DNA from: an uncultured Bacteroidales bacterium
Lineage (GTDB): Bacteria > Bacteroidota > Bacteroidia > Bacteroidales > VadinHA17
Assembly (NCBI GenBank): GCA_963816345.1
Contig: CAWFKI010000005.1
Span: forward strand, 2,550,053 to 2,614,052
Direction of reading: 5' to 3'
Length of the DNA: 64,000 nucleotides
This document shows, in pieces, positions 42,901-51,277 of the stretch (the stretch's first letter is position 1; every line of letters starts with the position of its first letter). The notes below the pieces were generated by a model that was given only the letters and a program-made list of their open reading frames with translations, had not been told where the DNA came from and searched no databases. Made by a program: the position numbers and the translations under genes.

Positions 42901-43610
42901 GAATAATTGTAGCTCTCGATATAATTGACGGAAAATGTGTCAGGCTTACACGCGGTGACTTCAGTACAAAAAAGGTATATAATGAAGACCCGCTGGAAGT
43001 GGCCAGGCAGATCGAGGATAATGGCCTGCAATATCTGCATCTGGTTGATCTGGACGGAGCAAAAAATAAAAAAATTGAGAACATCGCTGTTCTTGAAAAT
43101 ATCTCCTCAAAGACTTCATTGAAAATTGACTTTGGCGGAGGCATCAGAAATGAAACAGAGCTGAGAAGAGCTTTCAATTCGGGTGCAGGGCAGGTAACAG
43201 CCGGAAGCATTGCACTAACAGATCCTGAACTGTTTATAAGCTGGCTCTCGGTGTTCGGCCGGGAAAAGCTTATTCTCGGAGCTGATTATAAAGAGGGAAA
43301 AGTTGCTACGGGTGGCTGGCTTGACAGTTCTGACAAAGATCTGATAACTTTTCTGGAGGAGTACGTAAAAAAAGGTGTGAGATACGCCATCTGCACGGAT
43401 ATTGCCCGCGATGGCATGCTGAAAGGTCCGGCTACAGAGCTCTATTCGGAGATCCTGGAGAAGATTGAAATCGATCTTATTGCCAGCGGCGGAGTAACAT
43501 CCCTGAAAGATATAGAGGATCTGAGAGCCGCCGGATGCGAAGGAGCGATTATAGGCAAAGCTGTTTATGAAGGCAGAATTACATTAAAAGAGCTGGGAAG
43601 GATATGTTAA
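42897..43610 (+). CDS. hisA: ProFAR isomerase
   Basis: 237 aa HisA/HisF-fold protein. Motifs: [29 protein letters not shown]. Confidence 0.92.
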   Translation: MRIIVALDIIDGKCVRLTRGDFSTKKVYNEDPLEVARQIEDNGLQYLHLVDLDGAKNKKIENIAVLENISSKTSLKIDFGGGIRNETELRRAFNSGAGQVTAGSIALTDPELFISWLSVFGREKLILGADYKEGKVATGGWLDSSDKDLITFLEEYVKKGVRYAICTDIARDGMLKGPATELYSEILEKIEIDLIASGGVTSLKDIEDLRAAGCEGAIIGKAVYEGRITLKELGRIC

Positions 43611-44359
43611 AAAGAAGAATTATACCCTGTCTGGATATCAGGGACGGCAGAACTGTAAAGGGAGTGAATTTTATCAATTTAACTGACGCAGGCGATCCGG
43701 TAGAACTGGCAAAGGAATATATCAGGCAGGGAGCCGATGAGCTTGTTTTTCTTGATATCACCGCAACAATTGAGAAGAGAAAGACTCTTGCAGGACTTGC
43801 CGGGAGAATTGCTGCAGAGATAAATATCCCTTTTACGGTCGGAGGCGGAACTGATACTGTTGATGATGTGGCTCTCCTGTTAAAGGCAGGGGCCGACAAA
43901 GTTACTGTCAATTCATCTGCCGTGAGACGGCCCGCACTGATCACAGAGATTGCCCGGCAGTTCGGCAGTCAATGCGTTGTCGTAGCTATCGATACAAAAT
44001 TTGTCGATGGCGAATGGATAGTATTTGTAAATGGAGGACGCACCCCTGTACCTTTGAAAACAGTCAGCTGGGCACGACAGGCCAGGGAACTGGGAGCAGG
44101 AGAGATACTGCTTACCTCAATGAATAACGACGGGACAAAATCAGGTTTTTCTATTGATATCACTGCTGAAGTGAGCAATAGTGTAAACATCCCTGTAATT
44201 GCATCCGGCGGAGCAGGCTCAATGGAGCATTTCCGTGATGTTTTCAGGAACACCGGCTGCAGCGCTGCTCTTGCAGCCAGCATATTTCACTTCGGTGAAA
44301 TTGATATACGGGATCTGAAAAAATATTTATTAAATGAAAATATCAGTGTCAGATTATGA
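43604..44359 (+). CDS. hisF: Imidazole glycerol phosphate synthase, cyclase subunit
   Basis: 251 aa. Motifs: [38 protein letters not shown]. Confidence 0.94.
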   Translation: MLKRRIIPCLDIRDGRTVKGVNFINLTDAGDPVELAKEYIRQGADELVFLDITATIEKRKTLAGLAGRIAAEINIPFTVGGGTDTVDDVALLLKAGADKVTVNSSAVRRPALITEIARQFGSQCVVVAIDTKFVDGEWIVFVNGGRTPVPLKTVSWARQARELGAGEILLTSMNNDGTKSGFSIDITAEVSNSVNIPVIASGGAGSMEHFRDVFRNTGCSAALAASIFHFGEIDIRDLKKYLLNENISVRL

Positions 44360-44393
44360 TTAACAGGGCAACCGTAGCCATTTGCTTAAGATG

Positions 44394-44440
44394 CTCTTTG
44401 AGTTCCTTTGTGATGCCCTTTGTGACCTTCGTGTTTAACT
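44394..44440. repeat. CTTTGTG-core repeat block (same family as 37758-37812)
   Basis: CTCTTTGAGTTCCTTTGTGATGCCCTTTGTGACCTTCGTGTTTAAC. It lies in the 100-nt gap between hisF and hisIE, inside the operon. Confidence 0.8.
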
Positions 44441-44459
44441 TTTTAAATAATGATATAAA

Positions 44460-45053
44460 ATGGAAATTGATTTTAATAAAGGAAACGGACTTGTACCGGT
44501 AGTCATCCAGGACAGCAGCACCCTGCAGGTTCTGATGGTCGGATATATGAATCAGGAGGCTCTTGAAAAGACCACCGTCGAAAACAGGGTGACTTTCTTC
44601 AGCAGGAGTAAGAACCGCTTATGGACCAAGGGAGAGACTTCCGGAAATTTTCTTTATGTTGAGACGATTCAGCCCGATTGCGATAATGACGCTATCCTGA
44701 TCAAAGTAAGACCCACCGGACCGGTTTGTCATACAGGCAGCACTTCCTGTTTTGCGGAGGAGACTGCAAAGGGATTTATATACCAGCTGGAACAGATTAT
44801 CAACCAGCGCATTGAAGATAACGTTGCTGACTCATACACAAATAAGCTCTACAGGAAAGGCATTAACAAGGTAGCTCAGAAAGTCGGTGAAGAGGCAGTC
44901 GAATTAATTATTGAGGCAAAGGATGATAATATTGAGCTCTTCAGAAATGAATCGGCCGACCTTTTATATCACCTGCTTATATTACTGAAATCCAGGGGCA
45001 CAGATCTTAAGAGCATTGAGGAGGTCCTGAAGGAACGGCACAATGCCCGCTAA
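44460..45053 (+). CDS. hisIE: Bifunctional phosphoribosyl-AMP cyclohydrolase / phosphoribosyl-ATP pyrophosphatase
   Basis: 197 aa. HisI motifs (WTKGETSG, DCDNDA, CHTGS.SCF) followed by the HisE helical domain (EEA.E...A..., ADLLYHLL). Confidence 0.93.
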   Translation: MEIDFNKGNGLVPVVIQDSSTLQVLMVGYMNQEALEKTTVENRVTFFSRSKNRLWTKGETSGNFLYVETIQPDCDNDAILIKVRPTGPVCHTGSTSCFAEETAKGFIYQLEQIINQRIEDNVADSYTNKLYRKGINKVAQKVGEEAVELIIEAKDDNIELFRNESADLLYHLLILLKSRGTDLKSIEEVLKERHNAR

Positions 45054-45153
45054 GCGAAGTCTCCGCTAAGCGAAGTCCCGCTAAGCGAAGTCTCCAGACT
45101 TCGCTTTATCTATTTAATCCTGCCCCGCTAAGCGAAGTCTCCAGACTTCGCTT
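45047..45153. repeat. CCGCTAAGCGAAGTCT direct repeats ending in two copies of the palindrome AAGCGAAGTCTCCAGACTTCGCTT
   Basis: Three tandem 15-16-nt units start inside the last hisIE codons; the gene's TAA is the TAA of the first unit. Perfect palindromes lie at 45083-45106 and 45130-45153. They probably also act as the his operon terminator hairpins. Confidence 0.85.
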
Positions 45154-45233
45154 CATATATATCACAGAATTCATAATTTTAACAGGATCATTAGTTTTTA
45201 AACATTTTTGTTTGTTATTTCAAAAGAAATAAA

Positions 45234-45241
45234 TACTTTTG
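45234..45241 (+). promoter_or_regulatory. Bacteroidetes-type -7 box (TActTTTG) for the aromatic operon leader
   Basis: TAnnTTTG match ending 21 nt upstream of the leader ATG at 45262. Confidence 0.55.
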
Positions 45242-45261
45242 TAACCCAATAAGGCAGTCAA

Positions 45262-45327
45262 ATGAATATTGTGTACAAATATTTTATCTCCTTTTTCTAC
45301 TTCTATTTTTACTTTAAAAACAGATAA
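45262..45327 (+). CDS. Aromatic (Phe/Tyr) leader peptide MNIVYKYFISFFYFYFYFKNR
   Basis: 21-codon ORF in which 6 codons are Phe and 5 are Tyr. It is followed by an intrinsic terminator 13 nt before pheA. Confidence 0.7.
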   Translation: MNIVYKYFISFFYFYFYFKNR

Positions 45328-45367
45328 GGGGATTTTTGTATACAGATATAATTAATTTATATGAAAC

Positions 45368-45400
45368 AAGGGTCCCGCAAAGGGGCCCTTATTTGTTTTT
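45368..45400 (+). terminator. Intrinsic terminator of the Phe/Tyr attenuator
   Basis: 9-bp stem AAGGGTCCC/GGGGCCCTT (one G-U), loop GCAAA, followed by ATTTGTTTTT. Confidence 0.7.
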
Positions 45401-45412
45401 AAAACATTTAAG

Positions 45413-46243
45413 ATGAAGGTATCGATACAGGGAGAAGCTGGAAGTTTTCATGAAGTTGCGGCAAGGCAGTACTTCAGCTATGATGAGGTTGAAATTGTTC
45501 CATGCCCGACATTTGATCTCACTCTGAACACACTCAAAGCCGGAGAATCAGATTTTGCCGTTATGGCAATAGAGAATGCCCGCTCGGGAAGCATTCTTTA
45601 TAACTACACACTCATAAGGGAATCAGGGCTGAAGATCCTCGGAGAACACAATCTCAGGATAAAGCAGAACCTTATGGCGCTTCCCGGACAGCTTATCACC
45701 GATATCAGGGAGATAAGGTCCCACCCGATAGCCCTGGCCCAGTGCATGACATTTCTGAATCAGTTTCCCGGCATGACCCTTATTGAAAGCGACGATACGG
45801 CAGGAAGTGCAAAACAGATCAGCGAGAATCAGCTGAAAGGAGTGGCAGCCATAGCATCCGTTGCATCTGCTGAAATATATGGTCTTGATATACTTGCCGA
45901 AGGCATTGAGACATACAAACAAAATTATACCAGGTTTCACATAATCGGAAGTGAAGATAAGGGGAATACGAAAGGGAACAAGGTATCCATCTGTTTTTCA
46001 ACGGGTCATAAGCCCGGATCACTGGCAAAAGTTCTGGTCAAGCTTGCGGAACTGGAGATAAACCTCTCTAAGATTCAATCGGTTCCAAGGCTCAACGGTG
46101 AGTGGGAATATATGTTCTATCTCGACCTGGAGCTGAACAAGAATACAAAATCAGAGGTAATAAAAAGGGTACTGAATAACCACACAAGCAACCTTGAGAT
46201 ACTTGGTGTATATTTTAAAGGAGACATGCTATATGAAAGTTAA
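45413..46243 (+). CDS. pheA: Prephenate dehydratase (PDT + ACT domains)
   Basis: 276 aa. Motifs: IQGEAGSFHE, an ESDDTAGSA variant of the TRF-region, and a C-terminal ACT domain (KVSICFSTGHKPGSLAKVL). Confidence 0.9.
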   Translation: MKVSIQGEAGSFHEVAARQYFSYDEVEIVPCPTFDLTLNTLKAGESDFAVMAIENARSGSILYNYTLIRESGLKILGEHNLRIKQNLMALPGQLITDIREIRSHPIALAQCMTFLNQFPGMTLIESDDTAGSAKQISENQLKGVAAIASVASAEIYGLDILAEGIETYKQNYTRFHIIGSEDKGNTKGNKVSICFSTGHKPGSLAKVLVKLAELEINLSKIQSVPRLNGEWEYMFYLDLELNKNTKSEVIKRVLNNHTSNLEILGVYFKGDMLYES

Positions 46244-47420
46244 ACCGGCTGACCGTACAGGCAATGTACAGGAATACTATTTTTCGCAAAAACTTGCCCA
46301 GATAGACAGGATGCGGAAAGAAGGAGCTGACGTCATTAATCTGGGAATCGGCAGCCCCGACCAGGCTCCATCGGAAAGCACCATCGCGGCCCTGACTGCT
46401 TATGCAGGAAAACCGACATCACATGGCTATCAGAGTTATACAGGAGTATATGCCCTCAGAAAGGCATTTGCTGAGTGGTATAAGAAATACTTTCATGTTG
46501 ATCTTAACCCCGAGAATGAGATACTACCTTTAATGGGCAGTAAGGAGGGAATAATGCATGTCAGCATGGCGTTTGTAAATCCGGGCGATGAGGTGCTGAT
46601 ACCCGATCCCGGATATCCCACCTACTCATCTGTTACAAATCTTGTCGGGGGTATTCCGAGGAAATACGACCTGACGGAGGAGAATGGCTGGCTTCCCGAT
46701 CTCGAAGCCCTTGAAAACAGCGACCTGAGCAGGGTCAAGGTGATGTGGGTAAACTATCCCAACATGCCTACCGGGACCAAAGGATCAGTGCAGCTCTTCG
46801 AAAAGCTTGTATCATTTTCAATGAAACATGGAATACTACTTTGCAATGACAATCCTTACAGCTTCATTTTAAATAAGGATTATCACAGTATTCTTCAGGT
46901 TGATGGCGCCATGGAAACAGCCCTGGAGATGAATTCGCTTAGTAAATCACAGAATATGGCAGGCTGGCGCATAGGAATGGTGGCAGGCCACAGAGAGTAT
47001 ATAAAGGAGGTGCTGAAAGTAAAAAGCAATATGGACTCAGGCATGTTCCTGCCGATGCAGATGGCTGCTGTTGAAGCGCTTAACAACCCTGACTCATGGT
47101 ATGACCAGGTAAATGAAGTATATATTAAACGGAGGAAGAGAGTTGAAGAAATAATGGACCTGCTTAAATGCAGGTATGACAAAAGCCAGGCCGGATTGTT
47201 TGTCTGGGGGCGAATACCGGATAATATCAGGAGCTGCGAGGATTTCACTTCGGAAATACTTGAAAAATCACATGTATTTATCACACCAGGGTTTATCTTT
47301 GGGAAAAATGGCGAAAGATATATCCGCATCTCACTCTGCGCTACAGAGGAAAGACTGACGGAGGCGCGGGAGAGGATTATATCAATAGATTCCCCTCCCT
47401 GGAGGGGGGGTGGGTTCTAG
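46233..47420 (+). CDS. Class I/II PLP-dependent aminotransferase (probable aromatic/prephenate aminotransferase)
   Basis: Start at ATG 46233 (MKVKPADR), overlapping the pheA 3' end. Motifs: NPNNPTG-like region and SLSKSQNMAGWRIG (PLP lysine). The last roughly 9 codons (SPPWRGGGF*) are encoded by a copy of the intergenic repeat. Confidence 0.85.
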   Translation: MKVKPADRTGNVQEYYFSQKLAQIDRMRKEGADVINLGIGSPDQAPSESTIAALTAYAGKPTSHGYQSYTGVYALRKAFAEWYKKYFHVDLNPENEILPLMGSKEGIMHVSMAFVNPGDEVLIPDPGYPTYSSVTNLVGGIPRKYDLTEENGWLPDLEALENSDLSRVKVMWVNYPNMPTGTKGSVQLFEKLVSFSMKHGILLCNDNPYSFILNKDYHSILQVDGAMETALEMNSLSKSQNMAGWRIGMVAGHREYIKEVLKVKSNMDSGMFLPMQMAAVEALNNPDSWYDQVNEVYIKRRKRVEEIMDLLKCRYDKSQAGLFVWGRIPDNIRSCEDFTSEILEKSHVFITPGFIFGKNGERYIRISLCATEERLTEARERIISIDSPPWRGGGF

Positions 47421-47741
47421 GAAGAAGCACAGGGCTCAGGGCACGGGGCTCAGGCATTGCCAGCCGTAGCTTTCTTCGACCTCCGTAGCTTTAGCGGAGG
47501 AGGTAGCGAAGGCTGGGCACAGAGCAGTAAGCAGTACTTCAGCAGGATCCCCTCCTGGGAGGGGGCAGGGGTGGGTTCCAGGAAGGGGCACAGGGCACAG
47601 AGCACAGAGCACAGGCATTGCCAGCTGTAGCTTTCTTCGACCTCCGTAGCTTTAGCGGAGGAGGTAGCGGAGGCTGGGCACAGAGCAGTAAGCAGTACTT
47701 CAGCAGGATCCCCTCCTGGGAGGGGCAGGGGTGGGTTTAAA
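47391..47741. repeat. Tandem duplication of a roughly 160-bp composite unit (partial + 2 full copies)
   Basis: Units at about 47421-47581 and 47582-47741 are near-identical. Each contains (GCACAGG)4, a nested hairpin region CCAGCC...CCTCCG TAGCTTTAG CGGAGG...GGCTGG, GCAGTAAGCAGTACTTCAGC, and CCCCTCCTGGGAGGGG(G)CAGGGGTGGGTT. The terminal motif also occurs at 47391-47420. Confidence 0.9.
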
Positions 47742-47782
47742 GTAAGAAGAATAGTTATTAAATAAGATTACATATAAAAAAC

Positions 47783-48628
47783 ATGACAATTGCAGTTATT
47801 GGAGTAGGGCTCATAGGCGGATCGCTTGTAGTGGATCTCCGCAAGAGGAAATTTGCAGACAGGATTATCGGAGTGGACAGTAATATCCATCACCAGAATA
47901 TTGCTCTACTCTGCGGACTTGTGGATGAGAATGACACCCTGGAAAACGCTGTTGAAAAAAGCGATCTTATCATTCTTTCAACTCCTGTGAATACAAACTC
48001 TGCGATGTTGCCCGGGATACTCGATATGATTGCCGGCACCTCGAAAGTGGTGACTGATATGGGCTCCACAAAAGCAAGCATTGCCAGGGCTTCGGTTAAC
48101 CATCCTGCAAGAGGTCGCTATGTTGCAGTCCACCCTATGGCCGGAACAGAATATTCCGGACCTCTGGCTGCCATTGGAAAACTTTTTGATTATAAGAACG
48201 CCATTATATGTGACCGGGAGCTCAGCGATCCTGATGCCCTTGAACTTGTCGAGAAAATGCTCGATACTCTTAATATGCATAAAGTGTACATGAGCTCAAG
48301 CGACCACGATGTTCATGTGGCCTATATTTCACATATTTCCCACATTACATCTTTCTCACTCGCCCTCTGTGTTCTGGATAAGGAGAATGAAGAAGGGAAT
48401 ATCCTTACACTTGCCGGTGGTGGTTTCGAAAGTACCGTACGGCTTGCAAAGAGCAACGGAGATACCTGGGCGCCTATCTTCGTGGAAAACTCCGAATTCA
48501 TCCTCGAAGTAATGGATACATATATAGATAAAATGAATTCCTTCAGAAAGATGATAACCGATAAGGATGTCAGCGGTTTGAAATCCCTTATGGAAGAGGC
48601 AAATAAGATAAGGAAGATATTGAATTAA
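47783..48628 (+). CDS. tyrA: Prephenate dehydrogenase
   Basis: 281 aa. Rossmann motif IAVIGVGLIGGS plus HPMAG and SHDVHVAYISHISH motifs. Confidence 0.88.
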   Translation: MTIAVIGVGLIGGSLVVDLRKRKFADRIIGVDSNIHHQNIALLCGLVDENDTLENAVEKSDLIILSTPVNTNSAMLPGILDMIAGTSKVVTDMGSTKASIARASVNHPARGRYVAVHPMAGTEYSGPLAAIGKLFDYKNAIICDRELSDPDALELVEKMLDTLNMHKVYMSSSDHDVHVAYISHISHITSFSLALCVLDKENEEGNILTLAGGGFESTVRLAKSNGDTWAPIFVENSEFILEVMDTYIDKMNSFRKMITDKDVSGLKSLMEEANKIRKILN

Positions 48629-48643
48629 TAATAAATATTAATT

Positions 48644-49759
48644 ATGGAAGTCAAACTTGAGAATCCACTCATAAAAGACTGGAGAGGTTATAAAGGGCGG
48701 CCTTTTTTAATTTCAGGTCCGTGCAGTGCAGAAACAGAGGAGCAGGTAATGGAGACCGCCAGGAAACTGGCTGAGATAAAAGAGGTCAGTGTGTTTCGCT
48801 CCGGGATATGGAAACCAAGGACCCGCCCCAACTCCTTCGAAGGTGTCGGAAGCGAGGGACTGAAATGGCTTCGCAGGGTCAAACAGGAAACAGGGTTGCT
48901 CGTCGGAACAGAGGTAGCCAATGAAAAGCATGTGTATGAAGCGCTTAAATATGGTATCGACCTGCTGTGGATCGGCGCCAGGACCTCCGTTAATCCGTTT
49001 ACAGTACAGGAGATCTCCGATGCCCTTCAGGGCGTGGACGTTATGGTACTGGTGAAAAATCCGATCAACCCTGATATCGAATTATGGATAGGCGCCATAG
49101 AGCGTGTTGCCAGGGCAGGGATAACAAGGATAGGAGCTATTCACCGCGGATTCTCCTCTTACGAAAAAACCCTGTACAGGAACCAGCCTAACTGGCAGCT
49201 GCCTATTGAACTCCGCAGGCGTATCCCCGACCTTCCCATAATCTGCGACCCGAGTCATATTGCCGGTGCAAGGCAATATCTTCATGAGATCTCCCAGAAA
49301 GCCATGGATCTTAACTTCGACGGATTAATGCTTGAGTCGCATATAAATCCTGCAAAAGCCCTGAGCGATGCCGCTCAACAGATTACACCAAACGATCTGA
49401 AAGAGCTTCTGAGCAGGCTTATCCTCCGGAGTCCGGACACTTCCGATCCGAAATTACTGGATGTCCTTGGGGAACTGAGGCAGCAGATCGATGTCTATGA
49501 TGATCATCTTCTTGATCTGATGGAAAAAAGAATGAAGGTGGCCGAAACGATCGGACTCTATAAAAAGGAAAATAATATCACTATATTGCAGAGCCTGCGA
49601 TGGGATGAAATTATAAGCAAAGCAATAATCAAAGGCAAGGCAAAAGGCCTCAGTTCTGAACTTATAGATACCATTTTCAAAGCTATACACCAGGAATCAA
49701 TAAACCATCAGATCAGAGTCATGAATAATGGAGTGAAAGATCCTGAAAAGAAAAAATAA
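48644..49759 (+). CDS. Bifunctional type I-beta DAHP synthase / chorismate mutase (type II, C-terminal)
   Basis: 371 aa. The DAHPS/KDSA-family barrel (GPCS.E, KPRT.P.SFEG, DPSH) is followed by an AroQ-type CM domain (LRQQIDVYDDHLLDLMEKRMKVAETIGLYK). Confidence 0.88.
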   Translation: MEVKLENPLIKDWRGYKGRPFLISGPCSAETEEQVMETARKLAEIKEVSVFRSGIWKPRTRPNSFEGVGSEGLKWLRRVKQETGLLVGTEVANEKHVYEALKYGIDLLWIGARTSVNPFTVQEISDALQGVDVMVLVKNPINPDIELWIGAIERVARAGITRIGAIHRGFSSYEKTLYRNQPNWQLPIELRRRIPDLPIICDPSHIAGARQYLHEISQKAMDLNFDGLMLESHINPAKALSDAAQQITPNDLKELLSRLILRSPDTSDPKLLDVLGELRQQIDVYDDHLLDLMEKRMKVAETIGLYKKENNITILQSLRWDEIISKAIIKGKAKGLSSELIDTIFKAIHQESINHQIRVMNNGVKDPEKKK

Positions 49760-49775
49760 ATTAATCAGCGAATCA

Positions 49776-50990
49776 ATGGAAAGATGTGTAGTACCCTCCG
49801 GACTTAAGGGCCGGATTAAAGCCCCGGCATCAAAGAGTATGACACAGCGAGCCATAGCCGCTGCCCTTCTGGCTGAGGGACAAAGCACTATATACAATCC
49901 CTCCTATTGTGACGATTCGCTGGCTGCAATGAGTGTAGCGTGCGGACTTGGTGCAAGAGTTGAGCCAATGCCGGATGAAATGAAAATTTTTGGCTCAGCC
50001 ATTCTTAAGGAGCCAAAACTGAACTGCGGGGAATCCGGCCTGGCGATAAGGATGTTCTCCCCTATTGCAGCCCTCTACCCGGCTGAGATTACAATGGTTG
50101 GAGCTAACTCTCTTAAAAAAAGGCCCATGGATATGATCGGAAAGGCCCTCGTTCAGCTGGGAGTTAAATTCACAAGCAGCGGAGGTTTTCTTCCGCTTAC
50201 AATCCAGGGACCACTTAAAGGCGGATCATGCGAAATTGACGGCTCTGTGAGCAGCCAGCTGCTGACGGGTCTGCTGATGGCATTGCCTCTGGCACAGGAA
50301 GACTCTGAGATAAAGGTTAAGAACCTGAAGAGCAAGCCTTATATAGACATGACCATCCAGCTGCTCAGGTCGTTCGGGATCTCTGTCAACAGTACAGGTT
50401 ACGACCTGTTTAAAATCCCGGGGAATCAGAAATATAAAGCTCAGGAATACACTGTGGAAAGTGACTGGAGCGGCGGAGCATTCCTGCTTATTGCCGGCGC
50501 CATAAACGGACATTTAGATATAACCGGTCTGCGGAGAGACAGCAGACAGAGCGATAGATCAGTATTGAACGCCCTGGAAAAAGCAGGCGCATCAGTAAAT
50601 ATAAGGGAAGATGGCATTGGGATCTCCGTATCTGAATTAAAAGCCTTTGAATTTGATGCGACCGAATCACCTGACCTCTTCCCTCCTCTTGTGGCACTGG
50701 CGGCCTATTGCAGGGGCACCTCGACAATAAAGGGAGTATCAAGGCTTATTTACAAGGAGAGCGACAGGGCAGCATCACTTCGGGAAGAGTTCGCTAAGAT
50801 GAATATCGGAATAGAGGTCGACGGCGATATCATGAAAGTGACAGGCGGTCGGCCCGGAGGAGCACATGTGGAATCGCACGACGACCATCGTATTGCAATG
50901 GCAGTTGCAGTAGCTGCGCTCGGAGCATCAGGCAATGTCTGTATCAGGGATTCTCAATGTGTTGCAAAATCTTATCCCGGGATTTTTTGA
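49776..50990 (+). CDS. aroA: 3-phosphoshikimate 1-carboxyvinyltransferase (EPSP synthase), C-terminus truncated by a frame change in a T6 run
   Basis: 404 aa with EPSPS motifs (KSMTQRA, SSQLLTGLLMA, DHRIAMA). The ORF ends ...KSYPGIF* at the T6 run 50983-50988. The +1 frame continues DDLRSLGATVIE* to 51027, which is the normal EPSPS ending. Confidence 0.9.
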   Translation: MERCVVPSGLKGRIKAPASKSMTQRAIAAALLAEGQSTIYNPSYCDDSLAAMSVACGLGARVEPMPDEMKIFGSAILKEPKLNCGESGLAIRMFSPIAALYPAEITMVGANSLKKRPMDMIGKALVQLGVKFTSSGGFLPLTIQGPLKGGSCEIDGSVSSQLLTGLLMALPLAQEDSEIKVKNLKSKPYIDMTIQLLRSFGISVNSTGYDLFKIPGNQKYKAQEYTVESDWSGGAFLLIAGAINGHLDITGLRRDSRQSDRSVLNALEKAGASVNIREDGIGISVSELKAFEFDATESPDLFPPLVALAAYCRGTSTIKGVSRLIYKESDRAASLREEFAKMNIGIEVDGDIMKVTGGRPGGAHVESHDDHRIAMAVAVAALGASGNVCIRDSQCVAKSYPGIF

Positions 50991-51073
50991 TGATTTGCGA
51001 TCGCTGGGAGCAACAGTAATCGAGTGAAAAAAGTAAAAAAGTTGATTTTGTGATGATAATTTAAAAATTTAAT

Positions 51074-51081
51074 TATTTTTG
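51074..51081 (+). promoter_or_regulatory. Bacteroidetes-type -7 box (TAttTTTG) for the trp leader / trpB2
   Basis: TAnnTTTG match ending 32 nt upstream of the leader ATG at 51113. Confidence 0.5.
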
Positions 51082-51112
51082 TGTAACGGCTGCAATCAGC
51101 AGAGTAATAATT

Positions 51113-51175
51113 ATGAAAGTAAAAATGTTTAATATCTGGTCCTGGCGCAACTTAAGCGATTATGCTGTGAAATAA
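51113..51175 (+). CDS. Trp leader peptide MKVKMFNIWSWRNLSDYAVK
   Basis: 20-codon ORF with two TGG codons two positions apart (51137-51139 and 51143-51145). Its 3' end is complementary to part of the downstream terminator. Confidence 0.65.
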   Translation: MKVKMFNIWSWRNLSDYAVK

Positions 51176-51209
51176 GCCGTTATATAACATTTAAATGATA
51201 TTTATCTAT

Positions 51210-51239
51210 AAAGGCACGCTTTTCACAGCGTGCCTTTTT
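51210..51239 (+). terminator. Intrinsic terminator of the Trp attenuator
   Basis: 11-bp perfect stem AAAGGCACGCT/AGCGTGCCTTT, loop TTTCAC, T run. GCTGTGAAA at 51164-51172 (end of the leader ORF) is a perfect complement of TTTCACAGC at 51221-51229, giving an antiterminator. Confidence 0.8.
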
Positions 51240-51277
51240 AATTTTGCATTTTCAATCAACCATCAAAACTAAATAAA

